From positions 60,763 to 124,762 of the forward strand of contig JAEWCL010000026.1 of the NCBI GenBank assembly GCA_023390655.1: a DNA stretch of 64,000 nt. The letters run 5' to 3'. This document shows, piece by piece, positions 18,483-27,900 of this stretch; position 1 is the stretch's first letter; every line of letters starts with the position of its first letter. The stretch is from Bacillota bacterium (GTDB lineage Bacteria > Bacillota > Clostridia > Christensenellales > CAG-138). The translations under genes were made by a program, and so were the position numbers. The notes under the pieces were generated by a model. It made no database searches. It was not told the origin of the DNA and was given only the letters and a program-made list of their open reading frames with translations.

Positions 18483-18712
18483 ACTTGTCAAAAAAGTATA
18501 GGATTACGTTGGGGCTCTGCCCCAAATCCCCGCTTAGGACCGTAACGGCCCTAAGAACCAATCCCGGGAACACCTTAAACAGAGCGCCCCCAATGGAGGG
18601 GATTCCCAAGGGATATGTCCCTTGAGTGGGGTCAGGGGCAAAGCCCCTAAAAAAGGTTTATCGACACCCTGGAGGGATCATCAAAGCGCTCTTTCCCCAC
18701 CGATCAAGCACT

Positions 18713-19825
18713 TTATTTCAATAGCTCCAGCACCGCATCCGCGAATGCCTGCGGGGCGTCCAGAAACGGGGTATGCCCGGCGTCGGGAATCAGCCGCATC
18801 TGTTTGTCAGGCGCTTCCACCGTTTTATAATAGTCCTCTACCAGTACGGCAGGGGTAATCCAATCCTGCTCGCCGGAAATATAATAAACCGGCACTTCAT
18901 ATGCGCCCAACCGGTTCGCATCAAACCCGATGCAGTCTCTCAGTAGCGGCTGCTGCAATTTCAAAAAATTTTCCATAGAGCCTCCTGAAGCCAAAAACCA
19001 CCGCATATCCGTCAATGACATCTCCGGCGACGTCAGGCCCAGCCAAATCGTTTGCAGCATGGGCATTTCCCCGGCATAGTGAAAATAGGCCGCCCCGGCA
19101 TGGCGGATATCCATGGTCAGCAAAAACTTTTTAGGGATGTCCGTCGTATTTTGATACTGGGTCAGAAGTGCAGAAATTCCCTGTGCCGTTTCTTCATCCC
19201 CGCCTTCCCGCGCACGGCGGATACCCTCCTCCGCCGCAAACGCGTCACCTTCCATATTAATAACGCACTGGCCCACGCCGATATAGGCCTCTACTTTTTC
19301 CGGATGCTCTTTTATATACATGCTGCCCAGCACCGTTCCCCAGGAATGGCCAAGCACGATGACCTTTTCCTGCCCAAAACGTCCGCGCGCGTAGTCGATG
19401 ATCGCATCGGTATCCGCGAGGATCGCCTCGGTATAAAGCGCTGCGCCCGTCTCCCGGTTTTCATAATAGGTCCTGCCCGAACCGCGCTGGTCAAAGTTCA
19501 CGATGGTATAGTCCCGCTCCAATACGCGCTGGTAATAGGGCGAAAGGAATGTGACGGGACTGCCCGGCCCGCCGTGCAGCACCACAATGACGGGGTTGGA
19601 TTGGTCCTCCCCGCGGATCTGCAAAAATTGGCGGATGCCGTTTAGCGCAACAAATCCGCTTTCCTGTATCCCGTTTGTGGATGTAATCTTTGCTTGTGAC
19701 GCCCGGTATGTGCGGATTGCAACGACAGTCAGCGCAAACAGCACAATCAGCGTACCGAGTACGATACCGATCCACTTGATCGCCGCCGCTATTTTTTTCC
19801 CCCAGAAAGAACGCGTTTTTCCCAT
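18713..19825 (-). CDS. membrane-anchored alpha/beta hydrolase (prolyl aminopeptidase-like, S33-type)
   Basis: 370 aa with an N-terminal TM, an HGGPGS oxyanion segment, NFDQRGSGRT and nucleophile elbow GHSWG. Confidence 0.7.
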   Translation of the reverse strand: MGKTRSFWGKKIAAAIKWIGIVLGTLIVLFALTVVAIRTYRASQAKITSTNGIQESGFVALNGIRQFLQIRGEDQSNPVIVVLHGGPGSPVTFLSPYYQRVLERDYTIVNFDQRGSGRTYYENRETGAALYTEAILADTDAIIDYARGRFGQEKVIVLGHSWGTVLGSMYIKEHPEKVEAYIGVGQCVINMEGDAFAAEEGIRRAREGGDEETAQGISALLTQYQNTTDIPKKFLLTMDIRHAGAAYFHYAGEMPMLQTIWLGLTSPEMSLTDMRWFLASGGSMENFLKLQQPLLRDCIGFDANRLGAYEVPVYYISGEQDWITPAVLVEDYYKTVEAPDKQMRLIPDAGHTPFLDAPQAFADAVLELLK

Positions 19826-19925
19826 AATACAATACCATCCCCGCTATCTTGCAGCAAAACCGGGCCGCCAAGACTTTCATACATACAATATAACATAAAA
19901 AAGTGTGCATCCTGTAAAAAAGCAG

Positions 19926-19951
19926 CAAAAAGGCCGCCCATTCAGGCGGCC
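19926..19951 (-). terminator. intrinsic terminator after the MBL-fold gene
   Basis: The minus strand reads GGCCGCCTGAATGGGCGGCC followed by TTTTT. Confidence 0.65.
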
Positions 19952-19966
19952 CGCATTCGTTCCAAA

Positions 19967-20782
19967 TTAAATTTCGTAAGTCATCATCTCCTGCACGACC
20001 TCCGCTGCGGGGAAGAACTCCTGCGCCTCCTGCTGCACCAGGTCTTCAATGATTCCGCCGCCGCCCCACAGATGGGTGCACAGCAAGCGTCCGACGCCGG
20101 CCTTCTTTGCAATCTGCCCGGCTTCCCGCGCAGTCAGGTGCGGCACAAACTCCGTCGTCTTTTCCCTTGCAAGCAGGCCCGTATCCGCAAGCAGCACCGT
20201 CGCGTTTCTGCACAGAGGCACAAGCTTTTCGTTGTAGCAGGTATCCCCGGTATACACGAGGCGCTTAAGCGGCACATCCTCGCCATAGGCGGGCGGCCTT
20301 GGCGGCTCTTCCTCCAGAATATCCATCGCGTAAGAGGGCACGGGGTGGAGCATATGGTGGAGCGTAACCGTCAATGCGCCAAAGCGCATCTTCATGCCGT
20401 CCTCCATCTTCACCATGTCAAACGTACCCGCGGAGGACAGCAGGCGGAATTCCGTTTCCGGAACCCCAGGCGATACCACATGCAAAGGCGTTGGAACATC
20501 CACACCCTTCTTGGGCAGCATCTGCAGCGCGTAGCGCAGCACCAGCATATCGGACATATGATCGCTGTGCAGGTGGGAAAGCAAAATCGCATCGACCTCG
20601 CTCAGCGGGCAAATGGAAAGCAGCCGGGAAAGCGTACCGCAGCCAAGGTCGATCACCAGTTTTATTTTTTTGTCGCGCGGGCCGTTTTTACCGGGCACAG
20701 CGGGCGCTTCGAGCAAATAGGAAGAGCATGCGCCGTTTGGTGCGGGAAAGGGTCCATATCGGCCAAGCACGGTTAATCTCAT
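19967..20782 (-). CDS. MBL-fold metallo-hydrolase
   Basis: 271 aa with the HxHxDH motif as LSHLHSDHM. Confidence 0.75.
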   Translation of the reverse strand: MRLTVLGRYGPFPAPNGACSSYLLEAPAVPGKNGPRDKKIKLVIDLGCGTLSRLLSICPLSEVDAILLSHLHSDHMSDMLVLRYALQMLPKKGVDVPTPLHVVSPGVPETEFRLLSSAGTFDMVKMEDGMKMRFGALTVTLHHMLHPVPSYAMDILEEEPPRPPAYGEDVPLKRLVYTGDTCYNEKLVPLCRNATVLLADTGLLAREKTTEFVPHLTAREAGQIAKKAGVGRLLCTHLWGGGGIIEDLVQQEAQEFFPAAEVVQEMMTYEI

Positions 20783-20783
20783 G

Positions 20784-21347
20784 TTACTTCAACTGCCTTT
20801 TCGGTGGTGTGTAAAAATCATCCCGGGAACCAAATCCGGCCCCCTGGCGGTAGTTTTTCCCGCCCATCAAAAATAATACGGGCACGGCGATGATGCCGGA
20901 GCCAATCAGCTGCAAAATGTTGAAGGGGAGGCCGATCGCCGCCAGTATATAATCGCCGCGGAAAATCAGATCATAGAAGAAATATCCGCCGATCATGATA
21001 CCGCCCGCCATGCCGACGGACTTGACAAGGTGCAACAGCGTATGCCCGCGCTTGAGATAGGACGCGAATACAAGCGCCATCCCCGCCTTAATGACCAAGC
21101 TTGCAGGCGCGTAGATTGCCTGTCCCACAAAAACGTCGGCAAGCGCGGAACCTAAGCCCGCCGCCAGCGCCGCCCAAGGGCCGCCCAAAAGCGCCACGGC
21201 AATATAGATGCCGATATCGCCCAGCGTCCAATAGCCAGAGGGTTTGTCCTGATGATGGATGTCAAACCGCAACAGGCATGTCAGCAGAATGATCACCAAA
21301 AACAGGATGCCTGTCAGTATCAGCGTTTTGTTGTCCGGCCTTCTCAT
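20784..21347 (-). CDS. ECF-transporter S-component-like membrane protein, substrate unknown
   Basis: 187 aa with about 5-6 TM helices. The segment LGSALADVFVGQAIYAPASLVIKAGMA resembles FolT/ThiT-type S components. Its stop lies 1 nt from the MBL gene start. Confidence 0.55.
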   Translation of the reverse strand: MRRPDNKTLILTGILFLVIILLTCLLRFDIHHQDKPSGYWTLGDIGIYIAVALLGGPWAALAAGLGSALADVFVGQAIYAPASLVIKAGMALVFASYLKRGHTLLHLVKSVGMAGGIMIGGYFFYDLIFRGDYILAAIGLPFNILQLIGSGIIAVPVLFLMGGKNYRQGAGFGSRDDFYTPPKRQLK

Positions 21348-21626
21348 GGTCGCTCCCCCTTACCTTTTCCTCAATAGGTTTTCGCAAAATACATCATTGC
21401 ATACGCAGCAAACACCTTAAGCGATACAAACGGCATGCAGCACTGTGCTTTTTTATTAACCCGTTGCGCATATCGTCAAGCATTCCCGCACGCAGCGTCT
21501 GCCAAACCGCCCATTGGCACAAAATCGTTTCGGATTATCCCACGGATTTCCCGCCGCCAGGCTATATACGAAATATTCGCAAACGTGGTAGACTTTGTAC
21601 GGGCCGCCCTTTCAATGCCGCTACAG

Positions 21627-22448
21627 TTATTCGCGTATGATTTCATCAAGCAGGCTGTCCAGGTCCACATCTCCGTCTTCATCCGCTATGCTCTCGGGTG
21701 CGGAAGAAGAGATTGTGCTCTTTGCCATCACTTCCTCCACCGTCCAGATGCGTTCCTCCGGTTCATCATCGGCAGGCTCCGCAATGGGCGTCGCCTCAGC
21801 TATCGGCGCTTCGCTCTCCATAGGCTGCTCTAACTGTGCTTCTTCCGTCTGCTCACTCTGTTCCACAAACGGCAGATCACGGCCCTGCAACTGGTAGATG
21901 CCGTGCATGAGTTCCTGCGGCGTATGGTAATCCTCAGGCAGATCCGACGCATGGGTCTTGATCAGCGCGGAAAGACCGCGGCCTTCTTCGAGGATTTCGG
22001 GCGTAGTATCCGTAAGCGCTTCTATCGTGCGGGAAAAGCCGTCCGCCTGTGCCTTTGCCTGGCGCGCCGTGTCCAAAAGCGCGGCGTTAAGTGCATGGAG
22101 CCTGCTTTCAAAATCCAGAACGGAGGCTTCCGTCTGCGCAAGCCTCCGGGAAGCTTCGGCCTGCGCCGCTTCCACGATTTCCGCAGCCTTTAATGTGGCC
22201 TCCTGTACAAGCGCGTCCGCCTGCGCCTGTGTCTGCGTCCTGTAAGCGTTCGCTTCGTCCGTGATCCGCTTTGACTGCGCTTCCCCTTCGGATACGCGTT
22301 TTGCGGCGCTTGCCTGCGCATCGGTGAGCGCCTGTACAATCGCGCGCTCCTGCATGCGGTATCCGTCCAATTGCTTGGTAAGTTCCTGCACCTGCGCCTG
22401 CAGACCGGCTACCTGCTGCTCCAGTTCACGCTTTTTGTTCATAGACAC
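21627..22448 (-). CDS. coiled-coil protein with acidic C-terminus (DivIVA-like heptads), function unknown
   Basis: 273 aa. Long Ala/Gln/Glu heptad regions are followed by an acidic tail (ADEDGDVDLDSLLDEIIRE). It starts 33 nt after ruvB. Confidence 0.4.
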   Translation of the reverse strand: MSMNKKRELEQQVAGLQAQVQELTKQLDGYRMQERAIVQALTDAQASAAKRVSEGEAQSKRITDEANAYRTQTQAQADALVQEATLKAAEIVEAAQAEASRRLAQTEASVLDFESRLHALNAALLDTARQAKAQADGFSRTIEALTDTTPEILEEGRGLSALIKTHASDLPEDYHTPQELMHGIYQLQGRDLPFVEQSEQTEEAQLEQPMESEAPIAEATPIAEPADDEPEERIWTVEEVMAKSTISSSAPESIADEDGDVDLDSLLDEIIRE

Positions 22449-22481
22449 ACCCTCCGTTTCATATTGCGACCGCAGTTTGTT

Positions 22482-23519
22482 TTATAATTCCATCCGTGCC
22501 TGCACAACCGTACCCGCGTCGTCCGGCGGCAGCTTGTATCCCATATGTGCATAGGCCGCCGGCATCGCCACGCGTCCGCGCGGCGTACGGGCAAGGAACC
22601 CAAGCTGCAATAAATATGGCTCGTAAACGTCCTCAATGGTCGTTGCGTCTTCCCCGGTCGCCGCCGCGATGGTGTCAAGGCCAACGGGCCTGCCGTTGAA
22701 TTTATCGATCATCGTATCGAGCATGCGCCTGTCCACCGGATCAAGGCCGATCTCGTCGATGCCTAGCATCTTGAGCCCCTGCTGCGCCATTGCAAGCGTG
22801 ATCACGCCGTCGCCCTTCACCTGCGCAAAATCCCGCACCCGCTTTAACAGGCGGTTTGCAATACGCGGTGTGCCACGCGCGCGCGAAGCGATTTCGACAG
22901 CGCCTTCCTCTTCTACATCGATATTGAGGATCTGTGCGCTGCGCGTAATGATATCGCATAAATCCTCGTTGCGGTAGAGCTGGAGCTGCTCCTTGATGCC
23001 AAAGCGATCCCGCAGCGGCGAGGTGAGCATGCCCATGCGCGTGGTGGCCCCAACAAGCGTAAAGTGCGGCAGGTCCAGCCGGATGCTTCTTGCCGAAGGC
23101 CCCTTGCCGATGATGATATCGAGCGCAAAATCCTCCATTGCGGGGTAGAGCACCTCTTCGACCGTCGCGTTGAGACGATGGATTTCATCGATAAAGAGCA
23201 CATCTCCCGCGGCAAGGTTCGTCAAAAGCGCCGCCAAATCCCCTGCGTGGGAAATCGCGGGGCCGGAAGTCACCCTAAGGTTTCCGCCCATCTCGTTTGC
23301 GATAATGGCGGCAAGCGTCGTCTTCCCAAGCCCCGGCGGCCCGTAAAGAAGGGCATGGTCCAAGGGTTCCCCCCTGTCACGCGCGGCCTGGATATAGATG
23401 CGCATGTGCTCCTTGACTTCCCCCTGGCCGATGTATTCATTTAAGAACCGCGGCCTGAGGCTGTATTCTGTTTGCATATCCTCTTCGCGAAGCGAAGAGG
23501 AAAGCAGGCGGTCTTCCAC
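22482..23519 (-). CDS. ruvB: Holliday junction branch migration ATPase RuvB
   Basis: 345 aa with [12 protein letters not shown], Walker [10 protein letters not shown] and Walker B FIDEIH. Confidence 0.93.
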   Translation of the reverse strand: MEDRLLSSSLREEDMQTEYSLRPRFLNEYIGQGEVKEHMRIYIQAARDRGEPLDHALLYGPPGLGKTTLAAIIANEMGGNLRVTSGPAISHAGDLAALLTNLAAGDVLFIDEIHRLNATVEEVLYPAMEDFALDIIIGKGPSARSIRLDLPHFTLVGATTRMGMLTSPLRDRFGIKEQLQLYRNEDLCDIITRSAQILNIDVEEEGAVEIASRARGTPRIANRLLKRVRDFAQVKGDGVITLAMAQQGLKMLGIDEIGLDPVDRRMLDTMIDKFNGRPVGLDTIAAATGEDATTIEDVYEPYLLQLGFLARTPRGRVAMPAAYAHMGYKLPPDDAGTVVQARMEL

Positions 23520-23567
23520 TGTTGTCCCCCCGGCGGCATTCGCCGCTATTCTTTATTTCGGTATTTT

Positions 23568-24158
23568 TCAGTTTTTCGCAAGTCTTCTGAGCGCCTGTGT
23601 AATCATTTCTTCAATGCTGTCGGTCGCCTCTACCGCGGCAACCGCACGGGACGCGGACGCGCCGTCATACCCCAGGCTCATCAGCGCCGCAACGGCCTCC
23701 GCCCGGAAATCCGAACCCTGCGCCGCGGTTTGCGGCAGGCCTGCGCCTGCCATTTCCTCCACACCGACTTTTTCTTTTAACTCCAGCAGCACGCGCTGCG
23801 CCGTCTTCTTGCCCATGCCCGGTACGCGGGAAAATGCCGCCGCGTTGTCCGTTACAATTGCCGCCGCAACATCCGACGGCGTAAGGATCGATAATATGGA
23901 AAGCGCGAGCTTGGGGCCTACGCGCGTGACGCCGAGTAACCTTCGGAACATGGCGCGCTCCGCTTCTTCAGAAAACCCATAGAGCGCCATGATGTCTTCC
24001 GCCAGATGCAAATGTGTATACAGCCTTGCCTTATCCCCCGTATGGAGGGTCCCCAGCGTTTTGGCGCTGCAAAAAAGCTCATATCCCACGCCCGCGGCTT
24101 CAAGCACCGCGCGGTCCGCAAAAAGGTCTACAACTTCGCCTCGGATATGTGCGTACAT
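23568..24158 (-). CDS. ruvA: Holliday junction DNA-binding protein RuvA
   Basis: 196 aa with MYAHIRGEV..., HhH motifs (GVGPKLAL, VPGMGKKTAQR), and a position between ruvC and ruvB. Confidence 0.9.
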   Translation of the reverse strand: MYAHIRGEVVDLFADRAVLEAAGVGYELFCSAKTLGTLHTGDKARLYTHLHLAEDIMALYGFSEEAERAMFRRLLGVTRVGPKLALSILSILTPSDVAAAIVTDNAAAFSRVPGMGKKTAQRVLLELKEKVGVEEMAGAGLPQTAAQGSDFRAEAVAALMSLGYDGASASRAVAAVEATDSIEEMITQALRRLAKN

Positions 24159-24209
24159 GCTTCCTCCTCAACCGGCGCTTCCGTATAAAGGGGTTGTCCG
24201 GCGTTTTTT

Positions 24210-24722
24210 CTATTTGATACGGAACTCCTGGGCGGCAGGGCCCATGGTGTTGGCGTGGCAGATGGCCACCGCAAGCGCGTCCGCCGCATCATCCGGCTTT
24301 GGAATTGCCTTCAGGCAAAGAAGCGCGCGTACCATGTGCTGTACCTGCTTTTTGTCCGCATGGCCGTTGCCCGTTACCGCAAGCTTGATCTGCATGGGTG
24401 TATATTCATACAACGGCAGGCCGCTCTGCTGGGCCGCGAGTATCGCAACCCCGCGCCCCGCGCCCACCTGAATGGCCGTCGTTACATTGCGGTAAAAAAA
24501 CAGTTCCTCAAACGCGACCTGGTCGGGCCTAAATGTCGCAACCAGCTGGCGCGTACCAAGGTAAAGCCGCTCCAAGCGCTCTGCAAAGGGCATTTCAGAT
24601 GGCGTTTCGATGACCCCGCAATCGACCGGCTTAAGCGCCGTACCGTGTGTCTCCACCACGCCGTAGCCTAAAATGGCATATCCCGGATCGATGCCCAATA
24701 TCACCAAAATACTTCGCCTCAT
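24210..24722 (-). CDS. ruvC: crossover junction endodeoxyribonuclease RuvC
   Basis: 170 aa with [17 protein letters not shown] and the C-terminal catalytic region [12 protein letters not shown]. Confidence 0.9.
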   Translation of the reverse strand: MRRSILVILGIDPGYAILGYGVVETHGTALKPVDCGVIETPSEMPFAERLERLYLGTRQLVATFRPDQVAFEELFFYRNVTTAIQVGAGRGVAILAAQQSGLPLYEYTPMQIKLAVTGNGHADKKQVQHMVRALLCLKAIPKPDDAADALAVAICHANTMGPAAQEFRIK

Positions 24723-25011
24723 CCGTATATTCGTTCTGTTCTATTGTAACATGAAGTACATAGCCCGTAAATGACGCTTCTGTTAAAAATAGCCCGTTCC
24801 GGAAGCCGCAGTAAGCAATGGATTCACCCGGCGCGCTGGCCCGACGGCCGCTTTTACCCTCTACCGCACTGCAAACGCTTGAAATAGCGGCGCTATTTCT
24901 TCGACTTTGCTTCTTACGGGCCACAAAGCCCTCTCGCTAATCCAGCACCCCGTCTTTCACCAATGCTTGTCCCGAAATATACGCGCCTTGATTGTACGTT
25001 TTCGGCAAAGC

Positions 25012-25020
25012 TGTTATAAT
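25012..25020 (+). promoter_or_regulatory. putative extended -10 promoter (TGTTATAAT) for panT-coaX
   Basis: TG at 25012-25013 and TATAAT at 25015-25020, 37 nt upstream of the panT ATG. No good -35 element was seen. Confidence 0.4.
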
Positions 25021-25056
25021 AGCACAAAAGTATCCCAAGGGGAGGACAATGCGACC

Positions 25057-25644
25057 ATGCAACATATGTCCACAAAAAAGCTGGTGCTCTACGCGCTGTT
25101 CATCGGTTTGATCTTCTTTCTGGGCCTCACACCTTGGGGGTTGATTCCTTTGGGATTCATCAACGTCACGGTGCTGTGTATCCCCACCATTGTCGGGACG
25201 CTGGTGCTGGGGATAAAAGCGGGCTTTTTGTTCGGCTTCTTCTTTGGGACAGCCAGCCTGATGAGCGTACTTGGGCTTTCCATGGTGCCGCCCAGCATGC
25301 TTGCGGGCACGCTGCTCGCGCAGAATCCCCTGTTCGCGGTGCTCATGTGCTATATACCGCGCCTGCTTGTGCCGGCTACAACCTACTTGGTTTACCGCCT
25401 TTTAAACCGGGACGGCAGCCCAAAACGGCTCAGCGCCATACCGGCGGCTGTGGCGGGCTCGCTGACCAACACCATCTGTTATCTCGGCCTGATGCTGCTG
25501 TTCTTCTCGCTTTCCGGCCTTGACTATACGCCTGTGCTGACCATCATCGGCGGAACGGGCATCATCGCAGGGACGACGGAAGCAATCGCCGCCGCCGTGA
25601 TTGCAACCCCCACCGCGATTGCGCTCAACAAACTGGTAAAGTGA
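25057..25644 (+). CDS. panT: ECF-transporter S component, probably pantothenate-specific (PanT)
   Basis: The start at ATG 25057 follows AAGGGGAGGA. The product is a 195-aa multi-TM protein directly upstream of coaX, a common Firmicute pairing. Confidence 0.6.
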   Translation: MQHMSTKKLVLYALFIGLIFFLGLTPWGLIPLGFINVTVLCIPTIVGTLVLGIKAGFLFGFFFGTASLMSVLGLSMVPPSMLAGTLLAQNPLFAVLMCYIPRLLVPATTYLVYRLLNRDGSPKRLSAIPAAVAGSLTNTICYLGLMLLFFSLSGLDYTPVLTIIGGTGIIAGTTEAIAAAVIATPTAIALNKLVK

Positions 25645-25657
25645 GAGTCTTGGAACG

Positions 25658-26422
25658 ATGCTTCTTGCACTTGATATTGGAAATACCAACATTAAAATCG
25701 CCCTGTTTGACGGATTAAACCTGCTGCACTCCTGGCGTGTCGCCGTGGACCGCAAACGTACGGCGGATGAATACGGCGTGCAGATGAGTTCTTTTTTTGC
25801 GCACCTTGGGTTGTCCACAACGGATGTAAACGGCATCATCGTTTCGTCCGTTGTGCCTTCGTTCAACTACACGATCGACCATATGTTCAACATCTATTTC
25901 CCCGGCATTGCGCCCATGCAAGTGCACGCGGGATTGCGCACGGATTTATATTATGAATACGATGCGCCGCAGAAGCTTGGCTCTGACCGTATCTGTAACG
26001 CCGTCGCCGCGAATAGGCTCTATGGCGGTAACTGCATCACGGTGGATTTCGGCACCGCGACCACGTTTAACGTCATGGCCGGGCCGCGGTTTTTGGGCGG
26101 CATGATCTGCCCGGGGTTTAAGGTGAGCACCACGGCACTCATTGAAAACACGGCCATGCTCCCTAAAGTGGAGTTTACAAAACCCAAGCGGGTCATCGGC
26201 ACCAATACGGAGCACTGCCTGCAATCGGGCATTCTCTACGGCTATGTCGGCCTGGTGGAATACCTTGTAAAAAAAGCGCAGCAGGAGCTTGGCGCGGATG
26301 CAAAAGTAATCGGCACCGGCGGTATGGGCGAGCTGATTAACGCAGAATCCGATTGTATCGATGTGCTAAACCCCATCCTTACCCTGCAGGGATTGGCAAT
26401 CATTTATGAAATGAACCGCTGA
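25658..26422 (+). CDS. coaX: type III pantothenate kinase
   Basis: 254 aa with MLLALDIGNTNIKIALF and GTATTF motifs. Confidence 0.9.
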   Translation: MLLALDIGNTNIKIALFDGLNLLHSWRVAVDRKRTADEYGVQMSSFFAHLGLSTTDVNGIIVSSVVPSFNYTIDHMFNIYFPGIAPMQVHAGLRTDLYYEYDAPQKLGSDRICNAVAANRLYGGNCITVDFGTATTFNVMAGPRFLGGMICPGFKVSTTALIENTAMLPKVEFTKPKRVIGTNTEHCLQSGILYGYVGLVEYLVKKAQQELGADAKVIGTGGMGELINAESDCIDVLNPILTLQGLAIIYEMNR

Positions 26423-26475
26423 CCGGTATTTTCCCGGCAAGCGGATTGATAAAACATTTTAAGAGAGGTACAACT

Positions 26476-27780
26476 ATGAAACAGGTCCACGTTGCAATAT
26501 TGGGATTTGGCGTCGTCGGTTCGGGCGTATACAGGCTGCTTACCGAAAATCACTCGGATATCCTGCACCGGGAAGAAATCGATTTTCAGGTGAGGCATGT
26601 CCTCATCAAGGATTTTACCAATGAGCCCAACCTTGCCCTTGCGCCGCGCGAGGTGTTCACCACTTCCCTGGACGAAATCGTCAACGACGCTTCCGTTTCC
26701 ATCGTTGTGGAATGCATGGGCGGCGTGGAGCCCGCACGCACGTTTATCCTCAGCGCGCTCAATGCCGGGAAAACGGTTGTTACCTCCAACAAGGAGGTTA
26801 TCAGCAAGCACTGGTATGCCTTTGAGGAAGCCGCAAGAAACAGCGGCGCGGGCCTCTACATTGAAGCGACCGTAGGCGGTGGCATTCCGCTGCTGCGCAC
26901 CATCACGGATTCTCTCCAGGGCAACAACATCTCAAGCGTCATGGGGATTATCAACGGTACCACAAACTATATCCTCACCAGCATGAGCGAGCAGGGGCGC
27001 GAGTTTGACGAGGTATTAAAGGAAGCGCAGTCTTTGGGCTACGCGGAAGCCAACCCCGTTGCCGATGTGGAAGGATACGACGCAACCTACAAGCTCTCCA
27101 TCCTTTCCTCGCTGTGCTTCCATACGCATATGCCCATCGACGTCATCCACCGCGAGGGCATTACCAACCTGACCAAGGCGGATTTTGACACCGCCCGCCA
27201 GCTCGGCTATGAGATTAAGCTGCTGGCAATCGGCAAAAAAGCGGCGGGCAACCATGTGGAAGTACGCGTGCACCCCACCATGCTTCCTAAAACGCATCCG
27301 CTCGCAGCTATCCGCGGTTCCTTTAACGCCGTATTCATCACCGGCAACGCCGTAGGAGAAGTCATGCTCTATGGCCGTGGCGCAGGGCAGATGCCCACCG
27401 CCTCCGCAGTCGTCGGCGATATGATCTACGCCTGCCACCATACGGATAAGCACCGTTACAACTCCTTCCGCAACATTCCGGATATGGACGCCGATACGCA
27501 CCTTGTAAGGGATTGGGAAAGCGTATATTGTATCCGCACCCGCGTGCTTGATAAACCCGGTGTTTTAAGCTCCATTGCGGGCGCGTTTGCGAACCACGGC
27601 GTCTCCCTCAAATCCGTTCTGCAGCTGGCAGACCCCGAGAAACACGGCGATAAACAGGTGGCCTGGATCACGTTTGTCACCCATAAAGCGCGCGAATTGG
27701 GCGTGCAGGATGCGCTCAAGGAAATCGAAAATATGGACACAACGCAATGCGTGGAGAGCATCATCCGCGTAGAGGAATAA
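26476..27780 (+). CDS. hom: homoserine dehydrogenase with C-terminal ACT domain
   Basis: The start at MKQVHVAILGFGVVGSGV follows an AGAGAGG RBS. It has NKEV and GGGIP segments and an ACT-like C-terminus. Confidence 0.88.
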   Translation: MKQVHVAILGFGVVGSGVYRLLTENHSDILHREEIDFQVRHVLIKDFTNEPNLALAPREVFTTSLDEIVNDASVSIVVECMGGVEPARTFILSALNAGKTVVTSNKEVISKHWYAFEEAARNSGAGLYIEATVGGGIPLLRTITDSLQGNNISSVMGIINGTTNYILTSMSEQGREFDEVLKEAQSLGYAEANPVADVEGYDATYKLSILSSLCFHTHMPIDVIHREGITNLTKADFDTARQLGYEIKLLAIGKKAAGNHVEVRVHPTMLPKTHPLAAIRGSFNAVFITGNAVGEVMLYGRGAGQMPTASAVVGDMIYACHHTDKHRYNSFRNIPDMDADTHLVRDWESVYCIRTRVLDKPGVLSSIAGAFANHGVSLKSVLQLADPEKHGDKQVAWITFVTHKARELGVQDALKEIENMDTTQCVESIIRVEE

Positions 27781-27807
27781 GCGAATTTCCCTATAGCAAA
27801 GGAAACG

Positions 27808-27857
27808 CTGTCCGAAAGCGAAGCTGTTCAGCAATCCGCTTCCGGACAGTTTTTTTG
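27808..27857 (+). terminator. intrinsic terminator after hom
   Basis: CTGTCCGAAAGCG...CGCTTCCGGACAG stem followed by TTTTTTT. Confidence 0.7.
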
Positions 27858-27900
27858 TACCCCGCATCCACAATTTTATAGGATCGGAGCGTAAAAACGC

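Noticed and set aside
17789-18625. 278-aa plus-strand ORF spanning ahpC, perR and the hairpin-rich region
   Set aside because: It runs antisense through two well-supported genes and an intergenic region. It has no RBS or motifs, and its tail merely translates the GC-rich hairpins.
21348-21626. Riboswitch upstream of the ECF S-component (preQ1, THF, TPP, FMN)
   Set aside because: None of the conserved cores I know could be found on the minus strand (preQ1 hairpin with an A-rich tail, TPP CUGAGA, FMN AGGAUAGU...GGGCAG, THF). It is left as an unassigned leader.
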